Source of the DNA: Candidatus Poribacteria bacterium
GTDB taxonomy: Bacteria > Poribacteria > WGA-4E > WGA-3G
DNA: 64,000 nucleotides
Assembly (NCBI GenBank): GCA_965215265.1
Contig: OZ244048.1
Location: 1,376,001 to 1,440,000, forward strand
Direction of reading: 5' to 3'
A program made the position numbers and the translations under genes. Positions within the stretch are counted from its first letter, which is position 1. Each line of letters starts with the position of its first letter. The notes beneath the pieces were generated by a model. The model ran no database searches, was not told the DNA's origin, and was given only the letters and a program-made list of their open reading frames with translations. This document shows positions 30,282 to 40,760 of the stretch, in pieces.

Positions 30282-30878
30282 ATGGCACCGTTAGAGGAAA
30301 TGCGAGCGTGCGGAGACAGCACTCTCCGGCTTGTGTTAGCATCGGCATCTCCACGTCGCGCCGAACTGTTGTCGCAGATTGGCTTAACCTTTGAAGTCTG
30401 TCCGAGTCATGTCGAAGAACCGTTGCAGAGCAGGGAGGCGGTAGAGGTAACGCAAAACCTTGCCTTACTGAAAGCAAGGACTGTCGCGCAGTATTTCACC
30501 GAGGCGGTTATTATCGGCGCGGATACATTGGTTTCATTAGATGGAGAACTACTCGGTAAGCCTGCTGATGCAGTACACGCCAAACAGATGCTGCACGAAC
30601 TGAGTGGTGCATCCCACGAAGTTGTGACAGGAATTGCTTTAATTCAGGCAAAAACAGCCAAGGAAATCGTCTGGGCAGAGACAACAACGGTTTACTTTCG
30701 AGAGTTGTCCGATGCTGAGATTGCTGCCTATATCAGCAGCGGAGAAGGGTTGGATAAAGCTGGTGCATACGGCATTCAAGGACGAGGGGCAGCGTTCGTT
30801 AAACGGATTGTGGGATGCTATTTCAACGTCGTTGGATTGCCTCTGGCCAGTTTAGTTGAACAACTTCGGAAATTTTAA
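30282..30878 (+). CDS. maf: Maf family nucleoside triphosphate pyrophosphatase
   Basis: LVLASASPRRAELL, IGADT, LGKP, DKAGAYGIQG and NVVGLP; start uncertain. Confidence 0.95.
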   Translation: MAPLEEMRACGDSTLRLVLASASPRRAELLSQIGLTFEVCPSHVEEPLQSREAVEVTQNLALLKARTVAQYFTEAVIIGADTLVSLDGELLGKPADAVHAKQMLHELSGASHEVVTGIALIQAKTAKEIVWAETTTVYFRELSDAEIAAYISSGEGLDKAGAYGIQGRGAAFVKRIVGCYFNVVGLPLASLVEQLRKF

Positions 30879-30943
30879 AGCGCAGCTGGCTGTTTTGTGC
30901 AGGTACCTGAGGCGACGCACTTGCGTGCTTATTGGAATCTTAG

Positions 30944-31621
30944 ATGCCGCCATATAAAACCTATATTCCCATCCAAGGCTACACTGACATTATCAACCCC
31001 GGCGAGCTCGGCATCACACAACTGCACTTCGGCATATTAAACCTTGCCCCGAAAACAACCTTTTTCGACCATTCTGATGATACTGAAGTTGCGTTAATTG
31101 CCTTGAGCGGTTCCGCCACCCTATTAGTTGGGCACAACGGTAACAAAGCAAACGGAATTTTAGGTGAACGTCCGGATGTCTTTGACGGCGAAGCGTGTGT
31201 AGCATTTATACCTTACTACACAACGTACGAACTCATCACGAGTGGGACGGGTAGTGAAATCGCAGTTTGCAAAACACCCTCTGATTCTGAAGCTGTAGCG
31301 GCGATACTAGGCCCCGGAGAAATACTCGATGAAACCGACTCTCATCTCAGAATTCGCGAATTTCAGACAGAAGAAGTTTCGAATAAGTTGCAACACTCAG
31401 AAGCAGTCTGTCTCTACAAATTCTGGCAAGAAGAAGGCAGTGCTGTCGTATGGATGGAGAGTGCCGCCGCCGAGGCCAAGCCCATCGTCTTACATCACAA
31501 CAATGTACTCGCCGTTCCAGCTGGCACTCGTTTTAGTTTACCTGACTCTGAAGTCACATGGCCGCGTCGTCATGCCATCCATAGTCGCAGCTACACTTTA
31601 TGCATTGAACACACCGGTTAA
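30944..31621 (+). CDS. IolB (5-deoxy-glucuronate isomerase)-like protein, diverged
   Basis: N-terminal half resembles IolB (FGILNL, EVALIALSG, GERPDVFDG); C-terminal half is short. Confidence 0.55.
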   Translation: MPPYKTYIPIQGYTDIINPGELGITQLHFGILNLAPKTTFFDHSDDTEVALIALSGSATLLVGHNGNKANGILGERPDVFDGEACVAFIPYYTTYELITSGTGSEIAVCKTPSDSEAVAAILGPGEILDETDSHLRIREFQTEEVSNKLQHSEAVCLYKFWQEEGSAVVWMESAAAEAKPIVLHHNNVLAVPAGTRFSLPDSEVTWPRRHAIHSRSYTLCIEHTG

Positions 31622-31625
31622 TGCC

Positions 31626-31928
31626 TTACTCACCTTCAATTAACTCACCGCCTTTTTTCAAAAAAGCGACAGCGCTCCGGGAAATTTGGACCTTCACCTC
31701 TTGGCTGTTCAATTCTCCGACAGCAATCAGAATGATATTCTTATCATTGCTAATGCCAAGAATTTTGCCATGCAACCCGCCGTTTGTGACGATTTCGTCG
31801 CCTTTTGACAGATTCTCAAGCATATTTTGGTGTTTTTTACGCTTCGCTTGTTCAGGGCGCCATAGCAGAAAGTACATGATAGCAAACAACGCAATGAACG
31901 GAACAAGCATACCGCCTATCTGTTCCAT
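31626..31928 (-). CDS. yajC: Preprotein translocase subunit YajC
   Basis: MYFLLWRPEQ..KGDEIVTNGGLHGKI; follows queA. Confidence 0.95.
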   Translation of the reverse strand: MEQIGGMLVPFIALFAIMYFLLWRPEQAKRKKHQNMLENLSKGDEIVTNGGLHGKILGISNDKNIILIAVGELNSQEVKVQISRSAVAFLKKGGELIEGE

Positions 31929-31950
31929 GAAATGTCTCCTTCTATATTTT

Positions 31951-32979
31951 TTAAAGAATCAGCATGGCATCGCCATAACTGTAGAACCGGTAGTTATGGC
32001 GGAGTGCCTCCGCATAACTCCGTTGAATCAATTCGCAGCTTGCGAAAGCACTTACAAGTAGCAGTAAGGTGGATTTCGGAAGATGAAAGTTGGTAATGAG
32101 GGCATCGACAACACGAAATTGATGGCCGGGGTAGATAAATAAGTCACTATTTCCACGATAAGCATGGACAGCGCCTGTACTCCCAGCAGTTTCAAGTGCA
32201 CGTACGACTGTTGTTCCGACGGCGACGATTTTCTGTCCAGCTTTCTGCGCTGTACGAATCTGTGCTGCCGCGGATGGCGCAAGATGGACATACTCAGCGT
32301 GCATTTTGTGCGCTTTGACATCTTTCACGGTTACAGGTTGAAAGGTGCCAATGCCGACATGTAGTGTCAATGTCACGGTTTCTATTCCTGCTGTTTTCAA
32401 TTTGGTTAACAGCGTGCGTGTGAAATGCAAACCGGCGGTTGGTGCAGCAATTGCCCCTTCAGCCGATGCATAAACGGACTGGTAGCGTTCTACATCTGCA
32501 GATATTGGTGCCCGTTTGATGTACGGTGGGAGCGGCACCTGCCCGACCGTGGCAAGCATCTCAAAGAATTCGCCCGAGTAACGGAGATGTACAGTGCAAA
32601 GTCCGCTTGGCAATTTTTCAAGCACTTCTGCGGTGAGTATTCCGTCCCGGAACGAGGCTCGCGTTCCAATTTTGAGACTTCGCTGCGGTTTTGCAAGCAC
32701 CTCCCAGATATCCTGCTGCTTTTCTCGGACAAGAAGTAATTCTATTTTCCCGCCAGTCTCTACCTTTTTTCCAATGAGCCGTGCTGGAATCACCTTGGTG
32801 TCGTTCAATACAAGTAGAGAGTTAGGCGGCAGAAAGTCTCCAATCTGGGAAAAATGGGTGTGGCAAAACACAGCTGCACGTTTGTCAACAATCATGAGTC
32901 GTGACGCATCTCGATGTTGAAGCGGTGTCTGCGCGATTCTGTCTGCAGGTAAGTGATAATCAAAGTCCGCTAATTTCAT
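31951..32979 (-). CDS. queA: S-adenosylmethionine:tRNA ribosyltransferase-isomerase
   Basis: DFDYHLP, NDTKVIPARL, PLPPYI, AAPTAGLHF, TNFHLPKS and YSYGDAM motifs. Confidence 0.98.
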   Translation of the reverse strand: MKLADFDYHLPADRIAQTPLQHRDASRLMIVDKRAAVFCHTHFSQIGDFLPPNSLLVLNDTKVIPARLIGKKVETGGKIELLLVREKQQDIWEVLAKPQRSLKIGTRASFRDGILTAEVLEKLPSGLCTVHLRYSGEFFEMLATVGQVPLPPYIKRAPISADVERYQSVYASAEGAIAAPTAGLHFTRTLLTKLKTAGIETVTLTLHVGIGTFQPVTVKDVKAHKMHAEYVHLAPSAAAQIRTAQKAGQKIVAVGTTVVRALETAGSTGAVHAYRGNSDLFIYPGHQFRVVDALITNFHLPKSTLLLLVSAFASCELIQRSYAEALRHNYRFYSYGDAMLIL

Positions 32980-33019
32980 ATCTTCTTCACGAAAGAGGCA
33001 TGGGTACGCTGTAGAACCC

Positions 33020-33100
33020 CCGGTAACTGCCCAGTGGGTGGCGAGTAAAAGGTAATCTTGCCATGAGACAAAGAATACCTATCTCGCCACTTGCCACTTG
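33020..33100. repeat. Family-2 repeat module
   Basis: CCCAGTGGGTGGCGAGTAAAAGGTAATCTTG...CAAAGAATACCTATCTCGCCAC. Confidence 0.75.
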
Positions 33101-33119
33101 CCTGCATGAAATGCCAACG

Positions 33120-34145
33120 CTAAAAAAATAAGGATGCCTGAGAACCGGTCGGATATCCGAAGTATTCATAAGCTGCATCCGTAGCGACACGTCCGCCCGG
33201 TGTCAAAGTCAAGAGTCCCTCTTTAATGTAGTATGGCTCATAAACCTCCGATATAGTGCGTTCATCCTCACTGAGAGCGACCGCGAGTGCCTTAAGCCCT
33301 GCCCGTCCGTTAAATTTCTCAATAAGGTTTCGGAAATAGGTGTAGTCTTGGGCATCCAGTCCACGTTCATCGATACCGAAGAATTCCAAAGCTTCTTCTG
33401 CGACATCAAGGGTTAAAATTCCGTTTCCCTTGACTTCGGCATAGTCTCTCACATTGGCAAGTAATTTATTGGCAATGCGCATAGTGCCGCGTGCGCGTCG
33501 GGCTAGGGCGAATTCGGCCTCCGTCTCTATATTAATGCTGAGTTTTGTGCTATTGATGCGAATCGCCTGCTGAATATCTTCTGGTGCATAGTAATCTAGG
33601 TGTATACGAATGCCGAAGCGGTCCCGAAATGGCCCGGCGAGGAGTCCTTCGCGCGTCGTAGCGCCAACTAGCGTAAACCGTGGAATCGAAATTTGCACAA
33701 CATCTGCGGCGGCGCCCTGCCCAATCGCCAGATCTAATTGGTAATCCTCCATAGCTGGATACAACGACTCTTGGACATACCCTTTCATCCTGTGGATTTC
33801 GTCAATAAAGAGGACATCGCCTTTCTCAAGACTTGTCAAGGTTGAGGCCAGGTCGAGTCGTTCCATGACAGGGCCAATAGCCTGCTTAAAGTTACTCTGA
33901 ATTTCATTAGAGATAATCTTCGCAAGTGTTGTCTTCCCGAGTCCCGGTGGACTGACAAGCAGTACATGTTCCAATGCATCGCCGCGTTTTTTGGCAGCCT
34001 CAATGTGGATGCGGAGTTGCTCTTTGGCTTTCTCCTGCCCGATAAATTCGTTCAAGTTTTCGGGACGCAGGCTATATTCAAACCCCTCGTCTTCAACAGT
34101 CAACTCTTGCATATAAGAAGAATCCGATACGTTGTCATTGGCCAT
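33120..34145 (-). CDS. ruvB: Holliday junction helicase RuvB
   Basis: LRPENLNEFIGQ, PPGLGKTT, FIDEIHR and GATTR motifs. Confidence 0.97.
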   Translation of the reverse strand: MANDNVSDSSYMQELTVEDEGFEYSLRPENLNEFIGQEKAKEQLRIHIEAAKKRGDALEHVLLVSPPGLGKTTLAKIISNEIQSNFKQAIGPVMERLDLASTLTSLEKGDVLFIDEIHRMKGYVQESLYPAMEDYQLDLAIGQGAAADVVQISIPRFTLVGATTREGLLAGPFRDRFGIRIHLDYYAPEDIQQAIRINSTKLSINIETEAEFALARRARGTMRIANKLLANVRDYAEVKGNGILTLDVAEEALEFFGIDERGLDAQDYTYFRNLIEKFNGRAGLKALAVALSEDERTISEVYEPYYIKEGLLTLTPGGRVATDAAYEYFGYPTGSQASLFF

Positions 34146-34200
34146 TGTTGCTACCTATCAACCATGGTGTTGCGTAATTCATTATTCATTGGGTCAGGGG

Positions 34201-34797
34201 CTAATTCTGCATATACCGGAGTGCCTGTTTCACCAAATTTTCACGCTGCGTATCCTCTCCAAGCACCTTCTGTGCCTTTTCTACCGCTTGTATTGCATCA
34301 AGTTCGGAGGCACCCAAATTAACCAGGATTTTAATCACCTCGGTATCTGCTGCACTCGAGCTGCCCGGCTCGACTGCGTCCTCAAATTTGACTTTCCCAA
34401 TATTCTTTTTCAATTTATTGATAATGAGCAGTGCTATTTCTTTACTCAGCCGTGGTACGCGCATCAAAGTTGTAGCATCCGCTCGATGGACGGCCCGTTG
34501 AAATTGCGGTGGTGCCAGCTTGACTACGATGTTTTGCGCGAGTGCCGGGCCGACACCTTTCACCGTCAGTGCCATTTCAAATACCTTTAGCGCATCCCGT
34601 GAAGTAAACCCGTAGAGCGTAATCTGATTTTCACGATTTTGGTAATAGTGGGTGTAAAAGGTGACAGGCTCCCCGATAGCCGGTAAATCCTCGGCGGTTT
34701 TAGGGGGTACATCAACAGCGTACCCGATGCCATTTACTTCTACAATAACCTGTTTCGTATCTTTATGTGCAACAATCCCTTTGAGATAAGCAATCAT
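34201..34797 (-). CDS. ruvA: Holliday junction binding protein RuvA
   Basis: MIAYLKG, VNGIGY, LYGF and VKGVGP motifs. Confidence 0.95.
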   Translation of the reverse strand: MIAYLKGIVAHKDTKQVIVEVNGIGYAVDVPPKTAEDLPAIGEPVTFYTHYYQNRENQITLYGFTSRDALKVFEMALTVKGVGPALAQNIVVKLAPPQFQRAVHRADATTLMRVPRLSKEIALLIINKLKKNIGKVKFEDAVEPGSSSAADTEVIKILVNLGASELDAIQAVEKAQKVLGEDTQRENLVKQALRYMQN

Positions 34798-34974
34798 GCT
34801 GTTTATTCTCTCCACTCATCACGATTCTCAGTCCGGTCTTCCCCGGCAGGTTAAGGTGCTTTGTTTCCGATTCGCTTACGAGAGATATAGGTAAGAGAAG
34901 AGGATTTAGTTCTATTTTTAGTGCAACATCTATATTCGGCTGCGCGCTATCCTCATTAGCTGAATCGCAGGCAG

Positions 34975-35472
34975 CTATCGGTATTTTTCTCGGAGTTCAA
35001 GTACTTTGTAGGAACGCGCGTGACAAATGGCTAGTGCTAATGCATCAGCAGCATGATCAGGACGCGGGAGCTGCTTGAGTTTCAGCAGTGTTTGAACCAT
35101 TTTTTGCATCTGTGCTTTCGTCGCCTTTCCGTATCCGACCACGGCCTGTTTAACCTCGGATGGGGTGTATGTTACAACAGTACATCCGGCGTTTGCGGCT
35201 GCTAACTTTACAATTCCCTTGACTTCGCCAACAACGAACGCGCTGCTCACATTTTTGCTGAAGAAAATATCCTCAAGGACGACAATCTGAATGGCAAATA
35301 AGCCAATCAGCCGTGCGACTTCCTCGTAAATCCGCTTCAGACGTATCTCAGTGGCTGTCCGAGCGTTTGTCCTGATGTTACCGTAATCGCGTGCGGTTGC
35401 AACCATGCCACTGGATTCAACCACCCCGTATCCGGTATTCGCAATACCCGGGTCAATCCCAAGAATAATCAA
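34975..35472 (-). CDS. ruvC: Crossover junction endodeoxyribonuclease RuvC
   Basis: ILGIDPG, TGYGVV, YTPSEVKQAVVGYG and DHAADALALAICH motifs. Confidence 0.97.
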   Translation of the reverse strand: MIILGIDPGIANTGYGVVESSGMVATARDYGNIRTNARTATEIRLKRIYEEVARLIGLFAIQIVVLEDIFFSKNVSSAFVVGEVKGIVKLAAANAGCTVVTYTPSEVKQAVVGYGKATKAQMQKMVQTLLKLKQLPRPDHAADALALAICHARSYKVLELREKYR

Positions 35473-35514
35473 CCAAACTCCTTATAGCGAACCGGCCGGT
35501 CTCTCAATTTGCCG

Positions 35515-36261
35515 TTAAGCTGCAGCTTCTAAGAGTTCATCCGGTATATCAAAATTCGCATAGACCTTTTGTACATCATCAAGTTCGTCAAGTGCCTCCA
35601 TCAAGCGGAGCATCCTCTCTGCTTCTTTGCCTTCGAGTTTAACGGTGTTCTGCGGGATCATACTAATTTCAGCGAGTTGGATGTCCGCGTCTGTATTCTG
35701 AACGGCTGTTAAGACACTATCAAACATATCAAACGGTGTCAAGATTTCGATGCTGCTCTCAGATGGGCTTACATGCTCAGCGCCGGCATCTGCGGCAACG
35801 AGGAAGAGCTCGTCTTCATCAATGCTGTCGGTGCTGACAACAATCAGACCAGACTTGTCAAAGCCCCAGGCGACGCTCCCGCGTTCCCCCATTCGCCCGC
35901 CGTGCTTACGGAATGCATGTCGAATAGCAGCGACTGCGCGATTGCGGTTGTCAGTCAAAACCTCAATTATCAGCGCGACACCGCCGGGTCCATATCCTTC
36001 GTAAACAATTTCCTCGAAGGTAGCCCCCTCAAGTTCGCCTGTTCCACGAAGTATCGCTTTCTCGATATTATCGTTTGGGACGTTGCTAGATTTTGCTGTA
36101 GCGATGGCGGTGCGCAGGCGTGGATTCATGTCGACATCGCCCCCGCCAAGCCGTGCTGCAGCTGTTATCTCTTTAATCAACTTTGAGAAGAGTTTACCGC
36201 GTCTAGCATCATTTGCTGCTTTCTTGTGTTTAATCGTAGACCATTTAGAATGTCCTGACAT
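35515..36261 (-). CDS. yebC: YebC/PmpR family protein
   Basis: [29 protein letters not shown] and [10 protein letters not shown] motifs. Confidence 0.97.
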   Translation of the reverse strand: MSGHSKWSTIKHKKAANDARRGKLFSKLIKEITAAARLGGGDVDMNPRLRTAIATAKSSNVPNDNIEKAILRGTGELEGATFEEIVYEGYGPGGVALIIEVLTDNRNRAVAAIRHAFRKHGGRMGERGSVAWGFDKSGLIVVSTDSIDEDELFLVAADAGAEHVSPSESSIEILTPFDMFDSVLTAVQNTDADIQLAEISMIPQNTVKLEGKEAERMLRLMEALDELDDVQKVYANFDIPDELLEAAA

Positions 36262-36770
36262 CACCTATCTCCTTTCTCATCTCTCGTATAGTGTTTCGTT
36301 CTGATACCTCTTGATTTATCGATGGAGGTATAGTTCGCCAGAGGCTCCTTGGCTACTCCGCAATTAGCCATCTTAGTTTGAGGGCACCAATGTTCAAACG
36401 TTTTTGCTCTGCAGTTTGGACGCACCGCCCAAAATAGGGCAAGACTGAGTACGAATCGTGTTTTTCTAGGGTGCTCGTCGTGATTGCAGAGCTGGACATT
36501 AAAATAATAGTATAGCATAAACTCAAAAACGGTGCAACTAAAATCTGGTGTCCGGTTCCATCAGCCTCTTCCCAATTTCTGTTTTTCTATCTCTGCAGTC
36601 GCATCAAGGGTATCGGTTTTGTAACCTGAAAACAGGTTGCTTTTCCTAATAACTTAACAGAGTATAACATAAAAACATTACCGTGTCAATTTAAAAATTG
36701 GGTTGCATAAATATCAAAAAGTATGCTAAACTTTTGATATCCATCGTTTAAGGAGTCAAATTGCGTTCGA

Positions 36771-37547
36771 ATGTTACCTTTTGTCATCAAGATTGCGGAA
36801 GAGCCAATAGAACGTTTGTACCGTCTCAACATGGAGCATCAACAGATTGATGTTGATGTTCAAATTGTGCTCTACTCGCGGGACATTAACCGTGAGCAGC
36901 TAGCGCGTAGATTACAGTGGCTAAGGTTAAGCCAGCAGATTTTGCAAGAAGCGATTGAGAGTGCGTATGTCGCATTTATAGCGTTTCTTCAAAGTGAGGC
37001 ACAACCGGGGGAATTTCTGCCTTTTGAACTGCTGCAGCAATATCCGAGCCGCCACTACTGCTTAATCCTCTCGGTTGCTCGTGCTCATGAGTTAGGTGAA
37101 ATTTGTCAAAGGCAGCCAAACGGCAGACGCGCTCTGCTCCAATATCGTGGCTATGAGCTCGCCATTAAAGCGAGACGTGGGATTGACGATACAACTGCCT
37201 ACTTAGTTGCTCCTGAGAAGTATACGGTTTTCATCCGGCAGGTGCGCGAGCAAGACACGATTCACGTCTACCGCAGTAGTTTTATGAGTCTCACAGGGAA
37301 TAAACCGCCGTCGCTCCACCTGGATGCAGCGGCAATCATTGAGAGGCTCCAATTGGAATTGCCAGGCGAAACCGGGCGTGCGTTGCCGATAGGGCAGCTG
37401 CTGATGTTTCCATCGACAACAGAAGAGCTCAATTCGAACCGAATTAGGCGATGCCCTGTGTGCGGTGGCCGCGTCAGGATGCTTGGAAAAGACGGACATT
37501 TCTGCTTGGAGTGCGATTGGGACGATCTGCCGGTTCTAACGTTATGA
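36771..37547 (+). CDS. Hypothetical protein with C-terminal zinc ribbon
   Basis: 258-aa ORF with AGGAG upstream and CPVC...CLEC at the C-terminus. Confidence 0.65.
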   Translation: MLPFVIKIAEEPIERLYRLNMEHQQIDVDVQIVLYSRDINREQLARRLQWLRLSQQILQEAIESAYVAFIAFLQSEAQPGEFLPFELLQQYPSRHYCLILSVARAHELGEICQRQPNGRRALLQYRGYELAIKARRGIDDTTAYLVAPEKYTVFIRQVREQDTIHVYRSSFMSLTGNKPPSLHLDAAAIIERLQLELPGETGRALPIGQLLMFPSTTEELNSNRIRRCPVCGGRVRMLGKDGHFCLECDWDDLPVLTL

Positions 37548-37622
37548 CGCATCTCTTACGCACCGGAATTCATGGTGTCTAGAGCCTGAACAGAGCTATG
37601 CGTAAGAAATCAAGTTTCGGCC

Positions 37623-38246
37623 TTAATAAGGAGGCCCTGAAAGCTGCGACTTGACGTAAAAAACGAAAGTTGTATTCACGACTGCTAACAGTGTTCCGAC
37701 AACCGTTTGGAGAAAGGTGTGCCGCTTCCGGTAAATGCGTGCCCACGCAATCAAGGGGACAAGTAAAAAAAGCGAAGCGAAAGCACTATTTACAAGAAAT
37801 ATCAGTACCATAATACAACCCGTCGTGACACTCGTATGAAAACTAATCTTCCACAACGGCGTAATGGCAGAGAAGACGAGAGTATTGACAATATAGGCGA
37901 TTCCTGCCCAAACGAGCTCCCGGCTCGCACCAATCCGATACAGTATAATCGTCCCTGCAATCATACTCACAAGCGTAAAGCAGAGCGGTACGAACCGCTC
38001 TTCTTTCGTGTGCAGATGAACATCACTGACCTTTGAAGTCCAATATAAGACGGCTATTCCCGATATCGGAAGCACCGTCACAAACACCGTCACAATCGTT
38101 AGCCATAGCAGCGCGTCGGTGGGTGTTTCTGCATGTGTTTCGACAACGAACAACGTTGTCGCAATCGGCACAAAAAACGGGCTAAAAATAACTGATGTGC
38201 CCAACGCAATTTGCGAACGAAATCCTGAAGAAGTACTACTCACCAT
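37623..38246 (-). CDS. PAP2-like membrane protein
   Basis: KISFH...WARIYRKRHTFLQTVVG; multiple TM helices. Confidence 0.75.
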   Translation of the reverse strand: MVSSTSSGFRSQIALGTSVIFSPFFVPIATTLFVVETHAETPTDALLWLTIVTVFVTVLPISGIAVLYWTSKVSDVHLHTKEERFVPLCFTLVSMIAGTIILYRIGASRELVWAGIAYIVNTLVFSAITPLWKISFHTSVTTGCIMVLIFLVNSAFASLFLLVPLIAWARIYRKRHTFLQTVVGTLLAVVNTTFVFYVKSQLSGPPY

Positions 38247-38249
38247 CGA

Positions 38250-39260
38250 CTATTTTGACGTTTCGAACGTGTTAAGAAAATTCACCAGATCTGCACCATG
38301 GGTACTGGGATTAACCTGTTTATCAACCTTTAGGATTTTCCCAGCTTTATCGATCACAACGGTTATCCGTTTAATAGAACCGTCGGGGGTCTCTGTTGCG
38401 CCGAAAAGTAACGCGAGATGCCGCCCGGTGTCTACCAAAAGCGGAAAGTTCAGTTGATTTTCTGCAGCAAATTTTTGATGGGATTCTGCATCATTCAAGG
38501 TAATCCCGAATACTTGTGCGTCGTGTGCAGCAAAATGACTCGACTCATCACGGAGCGAGCAAACTTCTGCCGTTCAGCCCCGACCAAAATCACGTGGATA
38601 AAACGCCAAAACCACGTTTTTCTTACCGCGACATGCGCTGAGTTGGTGTGTTTCACCTGCACCGTCGGTTGCGATAAAATCCGGGGCCATTGCCCCAACT
38701 TCGACCTGCGGTAAGGTCTTTTTCAACAGTGCAACCACATCTTTACCGTGTGTCTTCACGTTGACCTCTCGATCGATTGCGCGGATATATCCAGCCTTAT
38801 CAATGATGAAGGTGCTCCGTTTGGAGGCGTTAAAGCCTTCAATGATACCACTATACACCGTGCTCACTTTAAACTCTGTATCTGCAAGCAGTGAAAATTT
38901 ATAGTCTTGTGCGTCACAGAATTTCTGATGTGAGTCGACGGAGTCAACACTCACCCCCAAAAGCACGGTTCCTGTCGCTTCGAGCTCGCTCAAATTATCC
39001 CGGAGCGAGTTAAGCTCGGCTGTTCAGCCGCCGGTAAAATCTTTGGGGTAAAATGCGAGAACGACGTTTTTCTTTCCTAAGTAATCGCTCAGGCTGCGTT
39101 CAACGCCTTTCTCGTCTTTCAAGCTAAAATCGGGGGCAACCATACCTATCTGTAATTCACTCGGTTTTTCCATCTGATCCTCCGCTAAAACTGTTGGAAT
39201 CAAAAGGGCTGTCACGAGTAAAACAACCCAAACACGTAAATGTAATAGAATTTTAAACAT
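38250..39260 (-). CDS. Tandem BCP/PrxQ peroxiredoxin selenoprotein (336 aa, UGA-Sec at 39024-39026 and 38574-38576) with N-terminal signal peptide
   Basis: Three listed ORFs share one frame; FYPKDFTGG*TAEL and FYPRDFGRG*TAEVC put TGA exactly at the peroxidatic Cys; a hairpin follows each TGA. Confidence 0.88.
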
Positions 39261-39513
39261 CGGGTTATTCCTTTAATATTAAATGACGTTCATGCATATT
39301 GCACACGAAACCAGACCTCAGCAAACACGACTGCTCCATTAAACAGAACAGGTTCCTATTTATTGTCAGCGCAAAACATCACAGAATATCAATCTAGTTC
39401 ATGTGGAACCATTAATTAGTTAATACAATTATAGTCTACTTTTCTGAAAGTGTCAACCAAAATCGCATCTGTCAACTTACCCCCATTTTTTTCAAGGTTT
39501 GGCGTGAAAGGCT

Positions 39514-39715
39514 TTTCGTCTATTTCAGCCCCATCAAGGTTTATGTTTTGTGAGTTATTGTGTAAATCTCGTCAGAGCAATTCGATGTTTAGAATTCTAA
39601 AGATCGAATGGCTCTGGTGAGGTTTGTAAAGATTTTAGAAAAACAGACTGCTTTAATGAACGCCTTAGCACAAATCTCGCCAGAGATTTACGTTGTTATG
39701 ATTCAATACATCTAA
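39514..39715. repeat. Family-1 repeat cluster
   Basis: TTTCGTCTATTTCAGCCCCATCAAGG...AAATCTCGTCAGAG...CTCTGGTGAGGTTT. Confidence 0.8.
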
Positions 39716-39716
39716 G

Positions 39717-40015
39717 TCAGGCAAAAAAAAAGTTTGCCAAAAAGTGTTATTTTCTGATAGAATGTTTTCGTTGATTTTTTATTTCGGAAAAAAAGTTGAC
39801 AAACAAACGTTCGTTATGCGATAATGCAAAACAACTTTTGAGTGATGCAAAAAAAAGTTTGACAAAAAGTGTTGTTTTCGGCTAAAATGTGTTCGTCTCT
39901 TTTTTATTTCGAAAAAAAAGAGTTGACAAAAAAATGTTCATTGTGCGATAATGCAAAACAACTTTTGAGTCAGGCAAAAAAAAGTTTGCCAAAAAACGTT
40001 GTTTTCGGCTAAACT
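39717..40015 (+). promoter_or_regulatory. Tandem array of five sigma70-like promoters (about 63-bp period, about 126-bp higher-order repeat)
   Basis: TTGCCA/TTGACA at 39734, 39796, 39859, 39923 and 39986; each is preceded by an A-tract and followed 18 bp later by TAGAAT, GATAAT, TAAAAT, GATAAT or TAAACT. Confidence 0.7.
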
Positions 40016-40029
40016 GAAAGATACGAATT

Positions 40030-40187
40030 TTTGTATATCTCGGTACTATACCGGTTTATGTTATCTTAAATCGGATGTAAATCTCGCCAGAGCCATCTTA
40101 TGTTATGAATCAAAACATCGGAAAACTTCGGGCGAGATTTGTAAAAAGAGACTCATTAAATCTGTCGGTGCTGAAATATACGAAAAA
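40030..40187. repeat. Family-1 repeat unit
   Basis: TTTGTATATCTCGGTAC...AAATCTCGCC...GGCGAGATTT...GTGCTGAAATATACGAAAA. Confidence 0.85.
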
Positions 40188-40760
40188 CCTCGAATTCAGA
40201 CAGGGAAAAATTGAACAGATGAAACACCGAGAGTCCGTGTACCCCATAAGCAGAACGAGCTGCCCCGTGGTGCGGGGTTGTAGTTTTGGCACGAACGCGT
40301 GCGTACGCGGTGCTGTCGTGTGTTTTAAGTCCCTGTTAAGACGATTGACCCCCCCCCTTACTTCACATAAATTAACCCTTTTATTAACTCAGGCAGCATC
40401 TACATCTACCTTCGTTGCTGCTTTCTTATGCCTGCACGCCTCCCGTCTCGGACGGTGGGTGCCGTTGCGGGCTTTTTTTCTTGTGCGTGCGGTGTTCAGT
40501 TGCGGAGCCCCCGGGCTTCTGTATGCGGACCTGCCCGCCACGAACCCAGTTGGCTTATGCCAACGGTGCCGGTGTGTCAGTCGCCTCGGCACCCTACCTG
40601 ATAACACAAGTGCACTCACTCCTTAGAAAGAATAGAGAGTTAATTGTTGAAGTGGCGGAATCGAAGGCCGGTAACAAGGCATTAGCTACTGCAAATGAGA
40701 CACTGACAGCTGAAGTGACTGCAGCACCTGTAATGAATGACTAATAAAAGCGTGGCCGTA

